Shown here: one piece after another, positions 9,048-16,159 of the stretch
How positions within the stretch are numbered: position 1 is the stretch's first letter
How the letters are laid out: every line of letters starts with the position of its first letter
Source of the DNA: an archaeon
Lineage (GTDB): Archaea > Aenigmatarchaeota > Aenigmatarchaeia > GW2011-AR5
NCBI GenBank assembly: GCA_016191585.1
Contig: JACPVU010000034.1
Coordinates: 1-36,273, forward strand
DNA length: 36,273 nucleotides
Reading direction: 5' to 3'
Notes under the pieces: model-generated
What the model saw: only the letters and a program-made list of their open reading frames with translations
The model's database searches: none
Told to the model about the DNA's origin: nothing
Made by a program: the position numbers and the translations under genes

Positions 9048-9395
9048 ATGTCAATATTCGGAAAGCTTTTCAGGAAAAAAGAGACAGAGCCGCAGTCAGA
9101 AGAGCTTACAGAGCTCCCTGTAGACGAAGAGCAGCTTCCTACTGCAAACGTTGTGATAGAAAAGCTCGAGAGCCTTTCAGATACTGATAGAATCATAAAG
9201 AAAGTCAGGAGCGGAAACATCGCAATCGTCCGCATGAAGGAACTCAAGGAACAGAACCTTGACGAACTGAAGCATTCGATATCAAAGATGAGGACTTCCT
9301 GCTCGATGTTCAACGGCGACATAGCAGGCGTCGGCGAGGAATGGCTCATAGTCACCCCGTCAACAGCGAAGATCCGCAGAAGCGAAACACTGTAA
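9048..9395 (+). CDS. sepF: SepF-like cell-division protein
   Basis: The C-terminal domain VVIEKLESLSDTDRIIKKVRSGNIAIVRMKELKEQNLDELKHSISKMR...GDIAGVGEEWLIVTP fits the SepF/DUF552 pattern. I chose the internal ATG at 9048 (MSIFGKLFRKK) because the upstream ORF extension is hydrophobic junk. Confidence 0.7.
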   Translation: MSIFGKLFRKKETEPQSEELTELPVDEEQLPTANVVIEKLESLSDTDRIIKKVRSGNIAIVRMKELKEQNLDELKHSISKMRTSCSMFNGDIAGVGEEWLIVTPSTAKIRRSETL

Positions 9396-9647
9396 TTACT
9401 TGTTCTTTCACAGTAACAGCATTCCGGCATTTAAACCTTTTTAAGGCGTATTTTGCATATTCTATACAGATAATAAAAAATGGGAGTGGTAAAAATGTTT
9501 TTGTTTCTATTTTGTTTCTTTACTATAGTTTTGTTAGTTGTGCAAGCGCAATTGATGCGGTGGTATCAAAAGGCTTAAATATAATTCATAAACAAGCTAT
9601 GAACATGGCAGAAACGTCTTTTGTTTTTGCAGTTATGAGGTGAGAAT

Positions 9648-9818
9648 ATGTCAAAAGTTGTTGAATCAAAAGTCAAGGAACAGATAAAGGCAGCTGAAAT
9701 GAACTGTGCAGGCGACTTTTGTGATGCTCTCGACAAGAAAGTCGAACAGATCGTCGCGGAAGCAATTGCAAGGTCAAAAAGCAACGACAGAAAAACAGTC
9801 AGATCAGGCGACCTTTAA
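9648..9818 (+). CDS. Small histone-fold-like (DUF1931-type) protein, 56 aa, below the ORF-track cutoff
   Basis: My own translation gives MSKVVESKVKEQIKAAEMNCAGDFCDALDKKVEQIVAEAIARSKSNDRKTVRSGDL. AGGTGA lies 6-7 nt upstream of the ATG and an oligo-T tract follows the stop. The pattern SKVKE...GDF..AL...V..I...A..R.K.N.RKTV...DL resembles DUF1931 as I remember it. Confidence 0.55.
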   Translation: MSKVVESKVKEQIKAAEMNCAGDFCDALDKKVEQIVAEAIARSKSNDRKTVRSGDL

Positions 9819-9826
9819 GCAGGATA

Positions 9827-9843
9827 TTTTTTGTTTTATTTTT
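9827..9843 (+). terminator. Oligo-T tract (T6-G-T4-A-T5) right after the 9648-9818 gene
   Basis: TTTTTTGTTTTATTTTT begins 9 nt after the stop codon. Archaeal intrinsic termination uses T-runs. Confidence 0.5.
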
Positions 9844-10125
9844 ACGATATCTATTTCTAATTTTTCTTGCAGTATAACTAGGATTTTGGATATACTTTTC
9901 TTGACTGATACCGGTATCCTTTTTGTCTGTTATCAACGTGTTCAAATCCTCCGGTTTTTTTGTTGATACAATAAGCAGGTTCACTGTGATTTTCAGGTGT
10001 GTATGTTTTCAGGCTGTGTAAATTTTTCTCAAGTGTTAAGACTCCTAATAAATAAGTGGCAGTTAACATAGAAATAATTATGCAGTGATATGTATTTATT
10101 ATTGTAAAGTTGTTAGGTGTTAAAA

Positions 10126-10740
10126 ATGTTTCCAAGCAAGAACAGATATCTAAAAAATCTCTACAGCAGGATACCGCTCAAGAGCACAATTCTTTCCCAG
10201 AACATGGAAGGCGTCACACCGCCGTCTGTTTTTGTTGGACGTGTTGGATACCCTAAGGTGAGCATTGGTCCAATGATGACGCTGGAAGCAGAAGACCCTG
10301 TTACAGTAGACAGGCCCGAGAACTGGACAAGAAAGACCGTAGAAGATATATTGTCATTCAGGATGCAGCTCGTTCGCGGCAAACATACTGTTAATGTAAA
10401 GGAAAACAACAGTTTTGTCCAGAACATGCAGGAAATTGCACTCGCGAAAAATTCTGTTGACATAGAAACACAGTTCACAAAAATTCCTACAGGCACATTC
10501 ATCAACGAAGAAATACAGCCATACGGTCCGAGCGCGCCGATAAAATCCGTCAGTACAGGCAATATCAAAATGGAAAAAACATGGGAAAAGTCTATTACGA
10601 TACAGATATGCTTTCAAAGGACGCTGTTGTTGATTTGTACCAACACGGACTCCCGATATCTTCTATCCAGAAGGCATTTAGCACAGGATCCTTTGGCAAA
10701 GAGAGGAACAGGAAGCTCGTGCCGACAAGATGGTCTATAA
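10126..10740 (+). CDS. nreA: NreA-family DNA repair protein, N-terminal part (frameshifted gene)
   Basis: TPPSVFVGRVGYPKVSIGPM is the Nre family hallmark. AGGTG lies 6 nt before the ATG at 10126. Sequence after about 10580 in this frame looks non-homologous. Confidence 0.75.
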   Translation: MFPSKNRYLKNLYSRIPLKSTILSQNMEGVTPPSVFVGRVGYPKVSIGPMMTLEAEDPVTVDRPENWTRKTVEDILSFRMQLVRGKHTVNVKENNSFVQNMQEIALAKNSVDIETQFTKIPTGTFINEEIQPYGPSAPIKSVSTGNIKMEKTWEKSITIQICFQRTLLLICTNTDSRYLLSRRHLAQDPLAKRGTGSSCRQDGL

Positions 10741-11270
10741 CCGCAGTGGATGACATGCTCGGGAAGCGCCTTATAGAAGATATCAAAAACAATCCAACTA
10801 TCAATTCGTACCAAGTCTACGAATGCAACAAACTGAACAGCCGCTTTCTTGTCATGATGATGCCGACAGAATGGCAGTATGAATTTTTGGAAGCATTTGC
10901 CCACGTTTTTGGCAGTGAAGAAATGCTGTTTGTTGACTGGGAAGGATTTGAAGGAAGAAAAACGTACGCAGGTATGGGAGGATGTTATTATTCCGCGAGA
11001 CTGGCTGTAGCAGAAAAACTGAAGAAGATGAACAAACAGGCCGGTGCTCTCGTATTCAGGGAAAGCTATCACGGTTACGTGCCATTGGGCGTATGGCTTG
11101 TTCGTGAGCATGTCCGCGCGGCAATGAATTCACAGCCCAAGAATTTTGCGGATTTTGATTCGGCTTTGAGTTATATTTACTCAAAGCTCCTGTTACATCC
11201 GTCGAATTATGTCAAGCAAAGTGTATTGCTGAAGAAATCAATACTGAAGAACAGGACGAAAATTGTATGA
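10581..11270 (+). CDS. nreA: NreA-family DNA repair protein, C-terminal part (frame 3)
   Basis: KLVPTRWSITAVDDMLGKRL and GYVPLGVWLVREHVR are conserved Nre C-terminal blocks. This part continues the 10126 ORF after a 1-nt shift at the A6 run (10574-10579). Confidence 0.75.
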   Translation: MGKVYYDTDMLSKDAVVDLYQHGLPISSIQKAFSTGSFGKERNRKLVPTRWSITAVDDMLGKRLIEDIKNNPTINSYQVYECNKLNSRFLVMMMPTEWQYEFLEAFAHVFGSEEMLFVDWEGFEGRKTYAGMGGCYYSARLAVAEKLKKMNKQAGALVFRESYHGYVPLGVWLVREHVRAAMNSQPKNFADFDSALSYIYSKLLLHPSNYVKQSVLLKKSILKNRTKIV

Positions 11271-11280
11271 CTAATCGTGC

Positions 11281-12111
11281 TTATCTCTTGATAAGATCAT
11301 CTCTGTGGTAGCGTTTTATGAGGCTTTCCCAAAAGGGGTCTATTTTTTCAATGATTACATCATATCTTTTCTTATCATCTCTTGAGACTCTCTGTCGAAA
11401 TGCTATATCATCTTCTTCGCATCCAAAAGAGATGCATATCTTGGACGGGAAATATCCTGTATAAACGCCTCTTTCTAGTTCCATTTTTGGATGTATGATT
11501 CCGGTGCCTATATTTCCCAGTTCTGACAGATGGGGCCACAACTGCTCCTTGAAAATACTCACGCCGCCGAATGCAGTTGAAACAGAAATTATATGCGGGT
11601 TGAATCCGCCTGACATAGCTTCTAAAATAGCGTTTTTTGTTTTGCCTGCAAGGTGCTCAAACTCTGGTTCTTTCAGGAATTTGTATTTGATCATTTCTTT
11701 GTATTGAATGTCATTGTAGACAAATGCAACTGGCTTCAGTTGCGAAATCACTTCATAGTCTCCTTTTGTGAGTTCAACGTCGTCGGCAATAACATAACTC
11801 AGGAATGGCACAACTTCTTTGTCCATGCATTCGTCAATGTATTTGTCAAGTTTCTTCGGTTCCAGAGTTTCTCCGTCGTCCGACAGGGGACGTTCAATGC
11901 CTTTTACAAGAATATCAATATCCAGAAATTCTATGCAGGACGTATTTTCAATTATTTCCCTGAATATGATATATCCTTTTTCTTTTTCGTACGCTATACG
12001 ATTATTGAAGTCCAGGCGGTAGTTTACAGGCTGGCGCAAGTATATGTTATCAATATTTCTAAAGCTACCTCCACCCATAGTAAGACTTCTCCATCCTATA
12101 TCTTTGAGCAT
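11281..12111 (-). CDS. Hypothetical protein (276 aa, no recognisable family)
   Basis: Long ORF with normal-looking amino-acid composition. A TTTAAATA box at 12133-12140 lies 22-29 nt upstream of the start. Confidence 0.6.
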   Translation of the reverse strand: MLKDIGWRSLTMGGGSFRNIDNIYLRQPVNYRLDFNNRIAYEKEKGYIIFREIIENTSCIEFLDIDILVKGIERPLSDDGETLEPKKLDKYIDECMDKEVVPFLSYVIADDVELTKGDYEVISQLKPVAFVYNDIQYKEMIKYKFLKEPEFEHLAGKTKNAILEAMSGGFNPHIISVSTAFGGVSIFKEQLWPHLSELGNIGTGIIHPKMELERGVYTGYFPSKICISFGCEEDDIAFRQRVSRDDKKRYDVIIEKIDPFWESLIKRYHRDDLIKR

Positions 12112-12132
12112 GAATATACAACATAATTAAAG

Positions 12133-12140
12133 TTTAAATA
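12133..12140. promoter_or_regulatory. TATA-box-like TTTAAATA upstream of the 11281-12111 gene
   Basis: It lies 22-29 nt upstream of the minus-strand ATG at 12111. Confidence 0.35.
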
Positions 12141-12214
12141 TCCTACTTAATAGTGATTAAAATTTTATTGAATTTAGTTATTTTAATCTTATTTTTAAGC
12201 CTTCTTTCCAACTT

Positions 12215-13348
12215 ATGAGCATGTACACGCATACCATGGTGCATTACGCTGAAATCGCATTGAAGGGTCAGAACAGGCCTGTCTTTGAGAAGAAACTTGT
12301 AGAAAATATAAGGCACGCTATTGGCAGGAACATAAAGATCACGCGCCTGTACGGCCGCATACTCATAGAATCTGTAGATGCTTCTGTTCTCAATAACCTG
12401 AAGAACGTTTTTGGCATCTCTCATTTCTCGCCGTGCATAGAAACTTCGCTGGATATAGAGGAAATAAAGAAAGGTGCTGTAAAAATCGCTAAATCTGTGT
12501 CCGCGAAAACTTTCAAGATCGATACGTCAAAGAGCAACAAGTCGTTTCCAATGAGGACAATAGACATAAACACAGTTGTTGGAGATGCTGTAAACGTCGC
12601 GACCAACTGGGGTGTCAAAATGAAAGATCCCAACGTGACAGTCTACGTGGAAATAGCGGAAAAGGCGTTCGTGTACACGGAAAAAATACCCGGCCCAGGA
12701 GGATTGCCTGTTGGTTCTGCCGGCACAGTGTTGTGTTTGATGTCCGGAGGGATAGACTCGCCTGTTGCTGCCTGGTACGCAATGAAGCGTGGCTGCACCG
12801 TTATTTTTGTCCACTTTCATACATACACGTCGAAAATAGAAAACAAACTGGAGAAGATACTGGAAGCATTGTCAAAGTACCAGCATCCGTCGAAAATGTA
12901 CCTTGTTCCTTTCTACGGCGTCCAGGAGGAAATAATCAAGAACGTGCCAGAGAAGATGAGGATGATCGTCTACAGAAGGATGATGTTCAGGATAGCAGAA
13001 AAAATCATGGAAAAGGAAGGCGCTCTCGCGTTTGTGACAGGCGACAACATCGCCCAGGTTGCAAGCCAGACCCTTGAAAACATGAGCGTCATTTATGCAG
13101 ATGCTAAATATCCCATATTATCGCCACTACTGGGTTTTGACAAGAAGGAAATCATAAAGATAGCCGAGAAAATCGGGACATTCAAGGAATCTATTGTGCC
13201 GTACAAGGACTGCTGCTCGACAATGATAGGCAAGCACCCGGTGACAAAAGCGAAGAAAGACGTCATTGAAAACTACGAAGAAGCGCTCGACATAGAAAAA
13301 CTTGTTAACAATGCAGTAGAAAAAGCTGAAATAATGGAAAAGGAATAA
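12215..13348 (+). CDS. thiI: tRNA 4-thiouridine synthase ThiI (no rhodanese domain)
   Basis: N-terminal HYAEIALKGQNRPVFEKKL, a THUMP region and the PP-loop LMSGGIDSPVAAW. The 377-aa length fits archaeal ThiI. Confidence 0.85.
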   Translation: MSMYTHTMVHYAEIALKGQNRPVFEKKLVENIRHAIGRNIKITRLYGRILIESVDASVLNNLKNVFGISHFSPCIETSLDIEEIKKGAVKIAKSVSAKTFKIDTSKSNKSFPMRTIDINTVVGDAVNVATNWGVKMKDPNVTVYVEIAEKAFVYTEKIPGPGGLPVGSAGTVLCLMSGGIDSPVAAWYAMKRGCTVIFVHFHTYTSKIENKLEKILEALSKYQHPSKMYLVPFYGVQEEIIKNVPEKMRMIVYRRMMFRIAEKIMEKEGALAFVTGDNIAQVASQTLENMSVIYADAKYPILSPLLGFDKKEIIKIAEKIGTFKESIVPYKDCCSTMIGKHPVTKAKKDVIENYEEALDIEKLVNNAVEKAEIMEKE

Positions 13349-13423
13349 AGCCGATCATTTTTAATATTTTTCCTTAAATTGATCTTTAGATTATGTGCTT
13401 TTTAGCGAATAGGAGTGATTTCT

Positions 13424-13987
13424 ATGGTAAGAATAGGGGAAAAGGTTCCGGATTTTGAGTTTGACGCATATCAAAACAATGAAATAAAGAAAATAAAGCT
13501 CTCTGATTACAGGGGCAAGTGGCTTGTGCTGGTTTTCTACCCGGCTGACTTCACGTTTGTCTGCCCTACGGAATTGGAAGACGCAGCTGAACTTTACAAC
13601 GAATTCAAGAAATCAGGTGCAGAAGTAATAAGCGTCAGTACAGACACTGCTTACGTCCACAAGGCCTGGCACGACACATCAGAAGCGATAAAGAAAGTCC
13701 AGTACCCTATGGCAGCTGATCCTACAGGAAAGTTGTGCAAAGAGTTCGGTACATATATCGAAAGCGAAGGACTGTCGTTGAGAGGCAGTTTTATCATTGA
13801 CCCTGACAGTGTACTGAAGACAGTAGAGATAAACGACAATAACATAGGCCGCAGTGCAGCAGAGCTTCTCAGGAAATTGCAGGCAGCCAAATTTGTCCGC
13901 GAAAACAAAGGTCTTGTTTGCCCTGCCAAATGGACACCGGGTGCAAAGGCTATGAAGCCCGGAATGGATCTTATTGGAAAAATATAG
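13424..13987 (+). CDS. 2-Cys peroxiredoxin (AhpC/Prx family)
   Basis: Peroxidatic-Cys motif DFTFVCPTE and resolving-Cys motif GLVCPAKW. AGGAGTGA lies immediately upstream of the ATG at 13424. Confidence 0.9.
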   Translation: MVRIGEKVPDFEFDAYQNNEIKKIKLSDYRGKWLVLVFYPADFTFVCPTELEDAAELYNEFKKSGAEVISVSTDTAYVHKAWHDTSEAIKKVQYPMAADPTGKLCKEFGTYIESEGLSLRGSFIIDPDSVLKTVEINDNNIGRSAAELLRKLQAAKFVRENKGLVCPAKWTPGAKAMKPGMDLIGKI

Positions 13988-13998
13988 TGGTGGTAAAA

Positions 13999-14604
13999 AT
14001 GAAATTCGAATTGCCAAAATTGCCTTATGACTATAACGCACTGGAACCGTACATAGACGAGCAGACAATGAGGATACACCACGGAAAGCACCACCAAGCT
14101 TACGCAGATAAATTCAACACAGCCCTTGAAGGACACGATGACGTAAAAAATAAATCAGCCGAAGAAATAATTCAGAATCTCAATACAGTGCCTGAAACAA
14201 TAAGGACAGCTGTCAGGAATTTTGGCGGCGGTTATATCAATCACAACTTCTTCTGGCCTGTCATGAAAAACGACAACCAGCAGCCTGACGGTGAAATAGC
14301 AGAAGCTATTGCAAAGAAATTCGGCAATTTCGAGAAATTCAAGGAGACATTCTCTAATTCAGCAGCAAGCTTGTTCGGCAGTGGCTGGACATGGCTTGTT
14401 TTCAACGGGGAATATCTTGAAATATTAAACCTTCCGAACCAGGACAGCCCGCTGACAATAGGGAAGACACCGCTCCTGGCGATAGACGTCTGGGAACATG
14501 CATATTATCTGAAGTATCAAAATAGACGTGCCGACTACATCAATGCTTTCATGAATATAATCAATTGGCAGCAAGTAGAAAAACTCTACAAAAATACGCA
14601 GTAA
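13999..14604 (+). CDS. Fe/Mn superoxide dismutase
   Basis: MKFELPKLPYDYNALEPYIDEQTMRIHHGKHHQAY and the C-terminal DVWEHAYYL metal-ligand motif. It starts 12 nt after the peroxiredoxin stop. Confidence 0.9.
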   Translation: MKFELPKLPYDYNALEPYIDEQTMRIHHGKHHQAYADKFNTALEGHDDVKNKSAEEIIQNLNTVPETIRTAVRNFGGGYINHNFFWPVMKNDNQQPDGEIAEAIAKKFGNFEKFKETFSNSAASLFGSGWTWLVFNGEYLEILNLPNQDSPLTIGKTPLLAIDVWEHAYYLKYQNRRADYINAFMNIINWQQVEKLYKNTQ

Positions 14605-14638
14605 AAACATTTAATTACAGGAAAACCAATAACAAATT

Positions 14639-15511
14639 ATGATTGAGATAGGCATCTTATTCGCTTTTGCAGCCCTTATTTTCTGGGGGATAGGCGACTT
14701 TCTGATACAAAGATCAGCGCGAAAGTTCGGCGACTGGGAAACGCTCTTCGTGATTTCTATTTTCGGCTCTTTTATTTTGCTGCCGTTTGTTTTCAATGAC
14801 ATAGGAATGATTCTGGCGTCCAGCGACCACACATTCTTGATGCTCCTCGGAATTTCGACAGTGCTGTTCGCGGCAGCGCTACTGGATTTTGAAGCCCTGA
14901 AAAAAGGGAAGATAGCAATAGTCGAGCCGATATACGCATTGGAAGTTCCTGTAGCTGCAATTCTCGCTTTCAGCGTCATAAAAGAATCCGTTGACATGAT
15001 CCAGTTGTTGCTCATATCAATGCTCGTTATCGGGCTTGTCCTTGTTTCATTGAAGTCAACAAACTTTTCAAAGAAAATATGGGTAGAAAAGGGCGTAATA
15101 CTTGCGGTAATAGGGTCGGTTTTTATGGGAGCGACAAATTTCCTTGTGGGTTTTGCTTCCAGAGTTACGAACGCGCTTGTTGTGAACTGGTTTATCAGCG
15201 TCTTTCTCGCATCGGTATGCCTTTTTTATATAGTATCTAATCACAGGGTGGGCAAGCTCATAAGGGACTTCGAAAGCAACAAGAAACTCCTGCTTTCAAT
15301 GAGTTTTCTTGACAACCTTGCATGGGTTGCGTTTGCAATAGCCATGACACTGATACCTATAGTGATTGCTGTTGCGCTCTCGGAAAGCTATATAGCACTG
15401 GCAGCTCTTCTGGGCCTAGTAATAAGCAAGGAAAAACTCCTTCTTCATCAGAAGTTTGGACTGTGTGTAGCATTGTCCTGCGCTATTATACTGGCTGTCA
15501 TGTTGCCATAA
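14639..15511 (+). CDS. EamA/DMT-family membrane transporter
   Basis: 290 aa with about 10 hydrophobic helices in two similar halves. The antisense ORF 14611-15015 is rejected. Confidence 0.7.
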   Translation: MIEIGILFAFAALIFWGIGDFLIQRSARKFGDWETLFVISIFGSFILLPFVFNDIGMILASSDHTFLMLLGISTVLFAAALLDFEALKKGKIAIVEPIYALEVPVAAILAFSVIKESVDMIQLLLISMLVIGLVLVSLKSTNFSKKIWVEKGVILAVIGSVFMGATNFLVGFASRVTNALVVNWFISVFLASVCLFYIVSNHRVGKLIRDFESNKKLLLSMSFLDNLAWVAFAIAMTLIPIVIAVALSESYIALAALLGLVISKEKLLLHQKFGLCVALSCAIILAVMLP

Positions 15512-15565
15512 ATACTGTCATAAAAATGTTTTTAAGCCGCAGCAACAATCTAATTATTGATAGCT

Positions 15566-15676
15566 ATGTCGGACTACGAGCGCAGCGAAAGATTCGAGAG
15601 GAAGAAGAAGAGGTACAAGAAATACAAGAAGGGCTTTGAAAGACGGTTCAAGAAAAGAAAGCCCCCTCTAAATTAG
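15566..15676 (+). CDS. Possible 36-aa extremely basic peptide
   Basis: My own translation gives MSDYERSERFERKKKRYKKYKKGFERRFKKRKPPLN. A TTTTTAAG box lies about 30 nt upstream. No homology is known to me. Confidence 0.25.
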   Translation: MSDYERSERFERKKKRYKKYKKGFERRFKKRKPPLN

Positions 15677-16062
15677 TATTCAAAAACCCAGTCGGGATAT
15701 TTGTCTTTCATCTTGTCTATATGTTTCTTATCAATTCCGATTTGGAAATCAGTACCGACGCCATAAAAAAGAGACTTTTTCTCTTTAATACTTATATCGC
15801 ACAGGTCGCAACCGCACATTTTGTACGGTACGTTGTCTGGAAGCAAAAACAATCCATCATCATAAACTAGTCTTTTAGTATCGATTCTTATTTCCTTTGC
15901 AAAATCAATCAGAATTTTTTGATGTTTACACGCAGGTTTGCCAAATGCATCATTGCTGAATCTCATATAAGGCTCGTCGTTCTTGTAGAACTGCATGACC
16001 TTATATTTGCCTGATTCGGCAGGCCAGATTACGGATGGTACTGATTCCTGATCTGTTGGCAT
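15673..16062 (-). CDS. Hypothetical protein (129 aa, several Cys)
   Basis: ORF with a TATTTAAAT box at 16084-16092, 22-30 nt upstream. No family recognised. Confidence 0.5.
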   Translation of the reverse strand: MPTDQESVPSVIWPAESGKYKVMQFYKNDEPYMRFSNDAFGKPACKHQKILIDFAKEIRIDTKRLVYDDGLFLLPDNVPYKMCGCDLCDISIKEKKSLFYGVGTDFQIGIDKKHIDKMKDKYPDWVFEY

Positions 16063-16083
16063 CAGTACTGGATGACAAAAAAG

Positions 16084-16092
16084 TATTTAAAT
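16084..16092. promoter_or_regulatory. TATA-box-like TATTTAAAT upstream of the 15673-16062 gene
   Basis: It lies 22-30 nt upstream of the minus-strand ATG at 16062. Confidence 0.35.
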
Positions 16093-16159
16093 CGTCATTA
16101 GGTTTTTTCCCCTAAAGAATGGCACGTATATATATGGTCATCTTCAAATACAAATTAAC

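Noticed and set aside
9939-9950. GTTCAAATCC, resembling a tRNA T-loop, in the long 9819-10125 intergenic region
   Set aside because: The flanking bases cannot form a T-stem (ACGTG against CCTCC), and I could build no acceptor or anticodon arms. This is not a tRNA.
10572-10580. Programmed ribosomal frameshifting in nreA (and likewise in the rtcB intein)
   Set aside because: I see no canonical slippery heptamer with a downstream structure, and no known precedent in these families. An indel, real or artefactual, is the simpler explanation. The sites are reported as findings for read-level checking.
10614-11111. 165-aa minus-strand ORF inside nreA
   Set aside because: It shows no motif, and the plus strand carries conserved Nre blocks.
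14611-15015. 134-aa minus-strand ORF overlapping eamA, and the 15322-15639 plus-strand ORF
   Set aside because: The EamA reading frame gives a coherent 10-TM protein. The alternatives are overlapping frames with no features.
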